In this document: in pieces, positions 29,695-38,022 of the stretch
How the letters are laid out: every line of letters starts with the position of its first letter
Numbering within the stretch: the stretch's first letter is position 1
Source: Nitrospirota bacterium
GTDB lineage: Bacteria; Nitrospirota; Thermodesulfovibrionia; Thermodesulfovibrionales; JdFR-85
Direction of reading: 5' to 3'
Assembly: GCA_015484595.1 (NCBI GenBank)
Contig: WFMM01000152.1
Coordinates: 3,842-67,841, forward strand
Length of the DNA stretch: 64,000 nucleotides
Program-made: the position numbers and the translations under genes
The notes under the pieces: generated by a model
The model's input: the letters and a program-made list of their open reading frames with translations, nothing else
The model's database searches: none
What the model was told of the DNA's origin: nothing

Positions 29695-32466
29695 TTATTG
29701 TTCTTTTAGATTTATTCCTGTTACGCAGGAACCAAACTTCTGTCTCAAGGCTTTCCCAGTATAGGACTCTTTGCAGTGTTCAAGTGCCTCAGGGGTGCCT
29801 TCAAATAAAATTCTACCACCATCAGGGCCGCCCTCTGGTCCAAGGTCAATAACCCAGTCTGTTGCTCTTATGAAATCAAGATTGTGTTCGATTACCACCA
29901 CTGTGTTACCTTCATCAACGAGCCTCTGTAAGACCCTGATGAGTGAAAGAATATCAAGGAAGTGAAGGCCCACTGTGGGTTCATCAAGTATGTAAAGATA
30001 GTTTTTCTTTTTCCCATTTGTAAATTCAGCACATATCTTAAGCCTCTGTGCCTCACCACCTGAAAGCGTGTTGGCAGGCTGACCAAGCCTCAGGTATCCA
30101 AGTCCCATGTCTTTTAGTATCCTTAGTCGTGAAAGGATCTTCTCCTCAGAAGCGAAAAACTCCATTGCCTCGTCTACGGTCATCTGTAAGACATCGTAGA
30201 TATTCCTGTCCTGATAGGTAACCTTAAGTGCCTCTTCGGAGTATCTCTTACCGTGGCAATGTTCACACCTTACATAAAGGTCTTCGAAGAAGTACATCTG
30301 TAATTTTTCATATCCCTCACCCGAGCAACGCTCGCACCTTCCACCTGGGACATTGAAGGAAAAGAACCCCGGGGTATATCCATGCGCCACTGCATAGGGC
30401 TGTTCAGAAAAGAGCTTTCTGATAAGGTCAAATATCTTAAGGTAGGTTGCAGGGTTTGAACGGGGCGACTTCCCGATAGGGCTCTGGTCAATAAGCCTGA
30501 CACCCCTTAACCGCTCAAGCCCGCTTAGTGAGTCAAAGGGTAGAGGTGTTTCAAAGGATAGCCTGAAGTGTCGTGCCACTGCCCTGTAAAGGGTCTCAAC
30601 AATTAATGAACTTTTCCCTGAACCAGAAACCCCTGTTACTGCCACGAGGCTTCCTGTGGGTATCTTCAGGTCAATGCCCTTTAAGTTATGCCCCCTTGCG
30701 CCTTTTAGCACAATAGGTGGGTTGTTTTTTACAGGTCTGTACCTTATTAGGGATTCCAGCCTGTACTGAAATTCGCCCTTTATGTACATTGCTGTCAAAC
30801 TGTCTTCCTTAAGGAACTGCTCGTAGGTGCCAGAGAAGACCACCTTGCCACCTTTGTGACCACTTCCAGGACCCATCTCAACCACCCACTGGGCACTCCT
30901 TATTACCCTGTCGTCATGCTCTACCACAAGCACGGTGTTTCCGTCAGAGACCATACCCTTAAGTATAGTGAGTATCCTTTCTGTATCCCTTGGATGAAGA
31001 CCAATGGTTGGCTCATCAAGCACATATAAAGTGCCCGTAAGTCGGGAAGCAATCTGATTGGCAAGGTTTACCCTCTGATACTCACCTCCAGAGAGGGTCT
31101 TCCCGAGCCTGCTAAGGGTCAGATAACCAAGCCCCACATCCTTGAGGAACTCAAGTTTCATCCTTATCTGCCTGAGTATATCTTCTGATATTGAGTATTC
31201 GTGAGCGCTGAGGGGAGGCTCTTTGAAAAACTCATAAAGCTCATCAACCGACCTGTCAGAGAGCTCCCCTATGTCAATGCCTCCAATCCTGTAGGAAAGG
31301 GGTTCCTTTCTCAGCCTTTTCCCCTTACATGCCGGACATAGAACTGCTGTCCTGTATCTGCTTAGGAAGACCCTTACATGAAGCTTGTACTTTTTCTGTT
31401 CAAGCTCCTCAAAGAAGTCATCTATCCCGTAAAAGTGCGAACAGCCCTTAAATACAAGCTCTCTTTCATGCCTGGTAAGTTCTGAATAGGGCTTTTCCAC
31501 ATCTATACCAGCCCTTGAAGCACCCTTAAGGAGTTGCTCCTTCCACCATGATGCAGCAGGCTTTTCCCACGGTGCTATTGCGCCCTGTTTTAATGAAAGC
31601 CCGGGGTCGGGGATGATCAGGGATTCGTCGTATCTCAGTATGTTGCCAAAACCATTACATTCAGGACAGGCACCCAGGGGATGATTAAATGAAAAAAGTA
31701 GTGGCGTTGGTTCTGGCAACTCAATGTTACACCTGTCGCATACCCTTCCGCTTCTGAACACAGTGGGTCTTATGTTGAGCTCATTACCCTTTTTACTGAA
31801 TATAAAGACCTTCATCGTCCCCTTACCCTCTCTGAAGGCAAGCTCAACGGAGTCAGAAAATCTCTGCTCAGCCCTTATCACAGTGCGGTCAACCACAATA
31901 TCGATAGGGCCTTCTTGCGGCTCTGCCTCGTCAAGCTCTCTTACCTCGTTTGATGAAAAGTATCTGTAAAAGCCTCTCTTTTTAAGTATTGATCGATCCT
32001 CGTCTGATGGGAAGGTAATAACGCAGCGGCCCTGATTAAACTCGGAAAGGAGATAGCTGATTATGGATGATGCACTCCAGAGCTTAATCTCCTCACCACA
32101 GGATGGGCAGAATGGGTGAGCAACCTTGGAGTAAAGAAGACGGAGCAGGTCATAAAGCTCCGTAAGGGTTCCAACAGTGGAGCGGGAGCCCTTTACGGGA
32201 TTTTTCTGTTCAAGTGCTATTGCAGGGCGGATGTTCTGGATGGTGTCCACATCAGGCCGGTCAAGTTTTTCAAGAAACAGTCTTGCATAGGATGAAAGGG
32301 ACTCAATGAAACGCCACTGTCCCTCGGCAAAGATGGTGTCAAAGGCAAGGGAAGATTTACCCGATCCTGAAAGACCGGTTATCACGATCAGGTTATTGTG
32401 AGGCAAAGTTAACGATATGTTCTTTAAGTTATTTTGCCTTGCACCTTTAATGATTAAAGAAGACAT
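29695..32466 (-). CDS. uvrA: Excinuclease ABC subunit A
   Basis: 923 aa with two ABC ATPase modules (GLSGSGKSS and GVSGSGKSS; LSGGE signatures) and zinc-finger Cys pairs. Confidence 0.95.
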   Translation of the reverse strand: MSSLIIKGARQNNLKNISLTLPHNNLIVITGLSGSGKSSLAFDTIFAEGQWRFIESLSSYARLFLEKLDRPDVDTIQNIRPAIALEQKNPVKGSRSTVGTLTELYDLLRLLYSKVAHPFCPSCGEEIKLWSASSIISYLLSEFNQGRCVITFPSDEDRSILKKRGFYRYFSSNEVRELDEAEPQEGPIDIVVDRTVIRAEQRFSDSVELAFREGKGTMKVFIFSKKGNELNIRPTVFRSGRVCDRCNIELPEPTPLLFSFNHPLGACPECNGFGNILRYDESLIIPDPGLSLKQGAIAPWEKPAASWWKEQLLKGASRAGIDVEKPYSELTRHERELVFKGCSHFYGIDDFFEELEQKKYKLHVRVFLSRYRTAVLCPACKGKRLRKEPLSYRIGGIDIGELSDRSVDELYEFFKEPPLSAHEYSISEDILRQIRMKLEFLKDVGLGYLTLSRLGKTLSGGEYQRVNLANQIASRLTGTLYVLDEPTIGLHPRDTERILTILKGMVSDGNTVLVVEHDDRVIRSAQWVVEMGPGSGHKGGKVVFSGTYEQFLKEDSLTAMYIKGEFQYRLESLIRYRPVKNNPPIVLKGARGHNLKGIDLKIPTGSLVAVTGVSGSGKSSLIVETLYRAVARHFRLSFETPLPFDSLSGLERLRGVRLIDQSPIGKSPRSNPATYLKIFDLIRKLFSEQPYAVAHGYTPGFFSFNVPGGRCERCSGEGYEKLQMYFFEDLYVRCEHCHGKRYSEEALKVTYQDRNIYDVLQMTVDEAMEFFASEEKILSRLRILKDMGLGYLRLGQPANTLSGGEAQRLKICAEFTNGKKKNYLYILDEPTVGLHFLDILSLIRVLQRLVDEGNTVVVIEHNLDFIRATDWVIDLGPEGGPDGGRILFEGTPEALEHCKESYTGKALRQKFGSCVTGINLKEQ

Positions 32467-32557
32467 CCTTATATTTTACCTTTATCAGTTCGATTATGTC
32501 CCTTTATTCCACCTCGTAGGTGGAATAAAAGGGTTGGGCTTTTATAAAATAAAAAGC

Positions 32558-33010
32558 ATGGCGATAAGAAGGATAATCGCTGTAATAGGTGGCCGCGATG
32601 CCACCAAGGAGCAGCTAAGGCTGGCTGAGGAGGTTGGACGTGAGATTGCCCTGTCAGGTTCAGTGCTTCTAACAGGTGGTCTTTCTGGCGTTATGGAGGC
32701 AGCATCAAAGGGCGCAAAGGAGGCAGGCGGCACTGTGGTGGGTGTCTTACCCCAGGATGAGAAAGGATGGGCAAATCCCTATGTTGATATACCAATAGCC
32801 ACTGGACTGGGAATCGGAAGAAATGTTATCATAGCACGCACTGCAGATGCATTGATCGCTGTAGGTGGAGGGTACGGAACCCTCTCAGAGATTGCCTTTG
32901 GATTGCAGCTGGGTAAGCCCGTTATAGGGCTTCAGAGCTGGGAGATAAAGGGAGTTATAAAGGCCAGAACACCCAAAGAGGCCGTATCTCTTTCAGTAAC
33001 TAAAAACTAA
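32558..33010 (+). CDS. TIGR00725/LOG-like Rossmann-fold protein
   Basis: The start is taken at MAIRRIIAVIGG. The GGGYGTLSE motif is present. The track's 47-aa upstream extension overlaps uvrA and a hairpin. Confidence 0.7.
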   Translation: MAIRRIIAVIGGRDATKEQLRLAEEVGREIALSGSVLLTGGLSGVMEAASKGAKEAGGTVVGVLPQDEKGWANPYVDIPIATGLGIGRNVIIARTADALIAVGGGYGTLSEIAFGLQLGKPVIGLQSWEIKGVIKARTPKEAVSLSVTKN

Positions 33011-33037
33011 TAATTATTAACTAACAACTCCATATCC

Positions 33038-33114
33038 GCCCCCTTAGCTCAGTAGGATAGAGCACAGGATTCCTAATCCTGGTGTCAGAGGTTCGAATCC
33101 TCTAGGGGGCACCA
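33038..33114 (+). tRNA. tRNA-Arg (anticodon CCT), CCA encoded
   Basis: I folded the cloverleaf by hand. The acceptor stem is GCCCCCT/AGGGGGC and the D stem is GCTC/GAGC. The anticodon stem is CAGGA/TCCTG with loop TTCCTAA. The T arm is AGAGG-TTCGAAT-CCTCT, and the 3' end is ACCA. Confidence 0.9.
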
Positions 33115-33123
33115 TATTTTATA

Positions 33124-33158
33124 TAGGGTGTAGGGATTAGGGTGTAGGGGGTAGTAAA
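33124..33158 (+). repeat. 7-bp TAGGGNN tandem array (five units); it contains a canonical G-quadruplex motif
   Basis: The array reads tagggtg|tagggat|tagggtg|taggggg|tagtaaa. Confidence 0.85.
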
Positions 33159-33239
33159 TTAATTAACCCAATTAACCAAACACACTTTTTTTCTTTAAAA
33201 TCACAGGGAAAGTTTATTGATAACCATTGACTATTGAAT

Positions 33240-33290
33240 AATAAGTTTTTTTTATTTGACCAAATAGGCAAGACTGTATTATGGTTTAAT
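33240..33290 (+). promoter_or_regulatory. Candidate dsrA promoter (A/T UP-like tract, TTGACC, TGTATTAT)
   Basis: The sequence is AATAAG-T8-A-TTTGACC-N15-TATTAT, about 60 nt upstream of the dsrA ATG. It is nearly identical in layout to 44228-44278, upstream of dsrC. Confidence 0.5.
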
Positions 33291-33351
33291 GCTTTTGTTT
33301 TTAAAAGACTGAAAAAGATTAAAATGAAAATCTTACAACGAGGAGGAGATT

Positions 33352-34551
33352 ATGCCACAGAAACATCCAACGCCACTAATTGACGAGCTGGAAAAGGGCG
33401 CTTTTCCAAGTTTCGTCAAAGAGATCAAGAGGGCAGCTGAAAGCAGCAATGTTCAGGACAACAACTACGCTCAGGACCTTCTTGGTCAGTTGGAACTCTC
33501 CTACAAGGAGAAAAAGACACACTGGAAACACGGTGGTATCGTAGGTGTCAGGGGTTACGGTTCTGGTGTTATCGGCAGATACTCTGATATTCCTGACCAG
33601 TTCCCTGGTGTTGCACACTTTCACACAATCAGGGTTAACCAGCCAGGTGGATTCTTCTACACAACCGAGGCGCTTCGCGAGATCTGTGACATCTGGGACA
33701 AGTACGGAAGTGGTCTTACAAACATGCACGGCTCCACAGGTGACATAATCCTTCTTGGCACCAAGACAGACAACCTGGAGCCTGTCTTTGCAGAGCTATC
33801 CTCAAGGGGCTGGGACCTCGGTGGTTCAGGTTCAGCAGTGAGGACCCCAAGCTGTTGTGTTGGCCCAGCAAGGTGTGAGTGGGCTTGCTATGATACCCTT
33901 GAGCTTACCTACCAGATAACGCAGAGGTTCCAGGATGAACTTCACAGGCCAATGTTTCCATACAAGTTTAAATTCAAGATGGCAGGATGTGCAGTGGACT
34001 GCATTGCATCCATTGCCCGTGCTGACATGTCAATAATCGGTACCTGGAAGGGTAACATCCAGATTGACCAGGACGAGGTCAGAAATTATGCCAAAAATGG
34101 CATGGACATACAGGCAGAGATCGTTGACATGTGTCCAACTGGCTGCATGAGCTGGGATGGAAATGAGCTTAAGATCAACGATGAAGACTGTAACAGGTGC
34201 ATGCACTGTATTGCCAAGATGACCAAGGCCCTCAGACAGGGTGAGGAAAAGGGTGCAACCATCCTGCTTGGTTCAAAGGCACCAATCGTTACAGGTGCAC
34301 TCATGTCATGGGTAATCGTTCCATTTATCAAGCTTGAGCCACCCTATGAGGAGCTCTTTGACCTGGTCGAGAGGATCTGGGAGTTCTGGGATGAGCATGG
34401 TAAGAACCGTGAAAGGGTCGGTGAGCTTATAGAGAGGATGGGCTTTCCTGTATTCCTGAAGGAGACCGGAATCGAGCCGCATCCTGCAATGGTGAAAGAG
34501 CCAAGGCGTGACCCATTCTTCTTCTGGTCAGAAGAGGATGTAGAGAAGTAA
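33352..34551 (+). CDS. dsrA: Dissimilatory sulfite reductase alpha subunit
   Basis: 399 aa with siroheme/FeS Cys clusters ([14 protein letters not shown]) and a ferredoxin insert (CPTGC...CNRCMHC). dsrB follows with strong RBSs. Confidence 0.95.
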   Translation: MPQKHPTPLIDELEKGAFPSFVKEIKRAAESSNVQDNNYAQDLLGQLELSYKEKKTHWKHGGIVGVRGYGSGVIGRYSDIPDQFPGVAHFHTIRVNQPGGFFYTTEALREICDIWDKYGSGLTNMHGSTGDIILLGTKTDNLEPVFAELSSRGWDLGGSGSAVRTPSCCVGPARCEWACYDTLELTYQITQRFQDELHRPMFPYKFKFKMAGCAVDCIASIARADMSIIGTWKGNIQIDQDEVRNYAKNGMDIQAEIVDMCPTGCMSWDGNELKINDEDCNRCMHCIAKMTKALRQGEEKGATILLGSKAPIVTGALMSWVIVPFIKLEPPYEELFDLVERIWEFWDEHGKNRERVGELIERMGFPVFLKETGIEPHPAMVKEPRRDPFFFWSEEDVEK

Positions 34552-34582
34552 AAAATCAATTTTATAATATAAGGAGGTTATT

Positions 34583-35656
34583 ATGTCAGAATTACCACAG
34601 AGACAAACAGACATTGGACCACCGCATTATAGTAAGTTTTTACCACCTGTTATAAAGGAAAACTATGGTAAGTGGAGATATCACGAGATCTTAAGCGCTG
34701 GTGTAATGGTCCATGTTGCAGAAAGTGGTGCAAAGGTATGGACTGTCAGGGTTGCTTCACCAAGGCTTGTTTCAACTGACTTTATCAGGGACATCTGTGA
34801 GATCGCTGACAAGTACTGCGATGGTCATCTCAGGTTCACCACAAGGCACAATGTGGAGTTTCTCGTCTCTGATGAGAGCAAGGTTGACCCACTGGTCAAC
34901 GAGCTCAAGGAAAAGGGTTACATGATTGGTGGTATCGGTGACAGGATAAGTAATGTCGTCCATACCCAGGGCTGGGTGCACTGTCATTCAGCAGCAACCG
35001 ATGCTTCAGGTCTTGTTAAGGTGATGATGGATGAGCTCCATGAGTACTTCACAGAAAAGGAGCTCCCAGCAAAGGTAAGGCTTGCAGTTGCCTGCTGCGT
35101 TAACATGTGTGGTGCAGTTCACTGCTCAGACATAGCCCTTGTGGGTGTTCACAAAACACCACCAAGAATCGAGCACGATAAGGTCAAGAACCTCTGCGAG
35201 ATTCCATCAACCGTTGCATCCTGTCCTACCAGTGCTATCAGTCCTGATCCAGCAAAGAAGAGCGTCAAGATAAAGATTGAAAAGTGCATGTACTGTGGTA
35301 ACTGCTACTCTGTCTGCCCTGCAATGCCGATTTCTGATCCCAAAAACGACGGTGTTGCAATAGTGGTAGGTGGTAAGGTCAGTAACCTCAGGTCAAATCC
35401 AAAGTTTTCAAAGCTTGCTGTGCCGTGGCTTCCAAACAATCCACCAAGATGGCCTGAGGTGGTTGAGAATGTAAAGAAGATCCTCAACGCCTACATAGAG
35501 GGTGCAAAGAAGCATGAAAGGCTTGGTGAGTGGGTAGAGAGGATCGGATGGGAGAAGTTCTTTAAGGTAACAGGTCTTCCATTCCAGCTCCAGCACATCG
35601 ATGACTTCACCTTTGCCCGTGAGACCTGGAGAATGGCAGCCACCTTTAAGTGGTAA
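34583..35656 (+). CDS. dsrB: Dissimilatory sulfite reductase beta subunit
   Basis: 357 aa containing HTQGWVHCHSAATD, ACCVNMCGAVHC and CMYCGNCYSVCP. Confidence 0.95.
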   Translation: MSELPQRQTDIGPPHYSKFLPPVIKENYGKWRYHEILSAGVMVHVAESGAKVWTVRVASPRLVSTDFIRDICEIADKYCDGHLRFTTRHNVEFLVSDESKVDPLVNELKEKGYMIGGIGDRISNVVHTQGWVHCHSAATDASGLVKVMMDELHEYFTEKELPAKVRLAVACCVNMCGAVHCSDIALVGVHKTPPRIEHDKVKNLCEIPSTVASCPTSAISPDPAKKSVKIKIEKCMYCGNCYSVCPAMPISDPKNDGVAIVVGGKVSNLRSNPKFSKLAVPWLPNNPPRWPEVVENVKKILNAYIEGAKKHERLGEWVERIGWEKFFKVTGLPFQLQHIDDFTFARETWRMAATFKW

Positions 35657-35665
35657 AATAAAACA

Positions 35666-35694
35666 CAGAGGGGCAGCGTTGCTCTGCCCCTCTG
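35666..35694 (+). other. GC-rich intercistronic stem-loop between dsrB and dsrD, with no U-tract
   Basis: CAGAGGGGCAG-cgttgct-CTGCCCCTCTG gives an 11-bp perfect stem. ATTAAC follows it. Confidence 0.6.
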
Positions 35695-35716
35695 ATTAAC
35701 AGAGAGGAGTGAGGAG

Positions 35717-35935
35717 ATGGATAGAGAGGAACTGAAAAAGATCATTTATGAGTTGGTTGAAAAGTCTATGGGAAAGAAGCTTTACAAGCCTGGTGATCTT
35801 TTTAAGAAGCTTGAAAAGGAACACGGTGTTTCAAAGGCAGAGGCAAAGGCTGCACTTCGTGAGCTCATGGACGCAGGCACACTTATTTATTCATACAAGG
35901 GTGGAAGCTATGTAGAGATTCCACCAAAGGAATAA
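35717..35935 (+). CDS. dsrD: DsrD (small winged-helix activator of DsrAB)
   Basis: 72 aa in the typical position after dsrB. The sequence KLYKPGDLFKK...AKAALRELMDAGTLIYSYKGGSYVEIP fits DsrD. Confidence 0.9.
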   Translation: MDREELKKIIYELVEKSMGKKLYKPGDLFKKLEKEHGVSKAEAKAALRELMDAGTLIYSYKGGSYVEIPPKE

Positions 35936-35954
35936 GATCTAAACAAAAAACTCG

Positions 35955-37355
35955 GTGACTTACAGAATACCAAGGGTGGTTATAGCAGGGCTTCGTGGAG
36001 GCTCTGGTAAAACCACCCTTTCTGTTTCTTTATGCAGGGCCTTTACGCAAAAGGGCAGGAAGGTTACTGCCTTTAAAAAGGGGCCTGACTACATTGATGC
36101 AGGCTGGCTTTCAAAGGCAACGGGGAGGGATTGCTACAATCTTGATACCTACCTCATCCCAGAGGAGACGGTCTTTAAATCATTCCTTTACCACAGCAAA
36201 AACTCAGAGCTTTCTATAATCGAGGGTAACAGGGGGCTCTTTGATGGCCTTGACGCAGGCGGCACATTTAGCACGGCAGAACTCTCAAAGCGTCTTAAAG
36301 CACCGGTGGTAATAGTTGTGGATTGCACAAAGGTTACGAGAACCATTGCTGCCTTGTTAAAGGGGGTAAGAGAGTTCGACCCAGAGCTGATGCTTGAAGG
36401 TGTTATCCTTAACAACATAGCAGGCAAAAGACACGAGATGGTCATCAGGGAGGCTATCAAGGAGTATACGGACCTTAAGGTGATTGGTGTGGTAAAGAGG
36501 CTTAAGGATGTAGACCTCATTGAAAGGCACATGGGATTGAAGCCATACCAGGAGCATGATGATGTGGAGGGTATTATCGAAGGTCTAACAGAGCAGATTA
36601 CGCCTTCCATAGACCTTGAGATGCTTTTTAAGATTGCACATAGTGCCCCTGAGCTTATCCCTGATGAAGAGATCTCGCCTTACAGGGAAGGAGCATGTGA
36701 GGAACATCAGAGGGTGAGGATAGGTGTAATAAGAGACAGGGCCTTTCAGTTTTACTATCCCGAAAACCTGGAGGCACTTAAAAAACTCGGAGCTGAACTG
36801 ATTGAGATTGATGCCACCAGGATGGAAAACCTCCCCGAGATAGATGCACTTTACATTGGTGGTGGCTTCCCCGAAACCAATGCGATAGAGCTTTCCAGGA
36901 ACCGTAGCTTTATGGAAAGCCTGAAAGACAGGGCAGACTCTGGTCTGCCAGTTTATGCCGAGTGTGGTGGTTTGATGTATCTTGGCAGGGAGATACAATA
37001 CCTGGGGAAAAGCTACCCTATGACCGGAGTTCTACCACTTTCCTTTGAGCTATTTCAGAGACCGGTTGCCCATGGTTACACCGTTGTTGAGGTCACAGAG
37101 GAAAACCCCTTTTATCCGGTTGGCACGGTGATAAGGGGACACGAATTTCACTATTCAGCAGTAAAAGGTTATAATCAAGGTATAGAGTTCAGTTTCAGGA
37201 TGCTAAGGGGTAAGGGTATCAGGGATGGTCTTGATGGGGTTGTTTACAGAAATGTGCTTGCCACCTATACCCATGTGCATGCCCTTGGCGTGCCCCAATG
37301 GGCAGAGGGGCTGATAAATGCAGCAAGGAAGTACAGAGATGAAAGGAGCAGTTAA
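35955..37355 (+). CDS. dsrN: Cobyrinic acid a,c-diamide synthase-like amidase (DsrN, siroheme amidation), GTG start
   Basis: 466 aa with a P-loop (GLRGGSGKTT) and a C-terminal glutaminase Cys (YAECGGLMYL). It sits after dsrD. Confidence 0.8.
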   Translation: MTYRIPRVVIAGLRGGSGKTTLSVSLCRAFTQKGRKVTAFKKGPDYIDAGWLSKATGRDCYNLDTYLIPEETVFKSFLYHSKNSELSIIEGNRGLFDGLDAGGTFSTAELSKRLKAPVVIVVDCTKVTRTIAALLKGVREFDPELMLEGVILNNIAGKRHEMVIREAIKEYTDLKVIGVVKRLKDVDLIERHMGLKPYQEHDDVEGIIEGLTEQITPSIDLEMLFKIAHSAPELIPDEEISPYREGACEEHQRVRIGVIRDRAFQFYYPENLEALKKLGAELIEIDATRMENLPEIDALYIGGGFPETNAIELSRNRSFMESLKDRADSGLPVYAECGGLMYLGREIQYLGKSYPMTGVLPLSFELFQRPVAHGYTVVEVTEENPFYPVGTVIRGHEFHYSAVKGYNQGIEFSFRMLRGKGIRDGLDGVVYRNVLATYTHVHALGVPQWAEGLINAARKYRDERSS

Positions 37356-38022
37356 AAACAGGTTTCAGCTTAAAAAGCTCATACAGGATGCCCTCAAACA
37401 GAGAGACCTGGACCGTGTTGCAGAGTACGCCCTTGAAAGCCCCCGTACCGTGGGCATTCTTTTTAATCTTAGCTATGACAAGGACTCCATAATTACCTGG
37501 CGTGCAGTGGAGGCAATGGGAGAGGTAGCAAGGGTGCTTACCTATAGGTCTAAAGAGGAGGGCAGGGAGCTAATGAAGAGGCTTCTGTGGTCAATAACAG
37601 AGGAGTCCGGTGGGCTTGGATGGTCTTCCATTGAGATGATGGCAGAGGTGGTGGTGAGGTCACCCGAGGTCTTCAGCGACATACCGCTTCTTCTTCCTGA
37701 GTACTACGATGAGCCTGTGTTCAGGGACTCGGTGCTTTATGCACTGTGGCGGATTGGCTCGACACACCCTGAGCTGCTTTCTCCTAAAGATGTAAAGGAG
37801 GTGGTGCTTCAGGCACTTAGGTCAGAAAGCCCCTATCAGAGGGCCCTTGCACTTATGATAATTGAGGCAACAAGAGAGACTATAGACTACAAAGACATTG
37901 AGATAGACAGAGAGGTCTTCAACGATGATACACCTGTGAGGATTTACATTGATGGTCAGTTCGTCACGAGGCCATTAAAAGAACTCGCAGGTGCCCTTGA
38001 ACTTCCTGTCAGGAAACAATGA
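37339..38022 (+). CDS. Hypothetical alpha-helical (HEAT-like) protein
   Basis: About 227 aa from MKGAVKNRF. The start overlaps the dsrN 3' end and the stop overlaps the kinase start (ATGA). I recognised no catalytic motif. Confidence 0.45.
   Translation: MKGAVKNRFQLKKLIQDALKQRDLDRVAEYALESPRTVGILFNLSYDKDSIITWRAVEAMGEVARVLTYRSKEEGRELMKRLLWSITEESGGLGWSSIEMMAEVVVRSPEVFSDIPLLLPEYYDEPVFRDSVLYALWRIGSTHPELLSPKDVKEVVLQALRSESPYQRALALMIIEATRETIDYKDIEIDREVFNDDTPVRIYIDGQFVTRPLKELAGALELPVRKQ

Noticed and set aside
33124-33158. A telomere-like function for the TAGGGNN repeats
   Set aside because: The arrays are short (3-5 units) and internal. They are flanked by ordinary chromosomal genes and recur between genes, so the resemblance to telomeric units is superficial.
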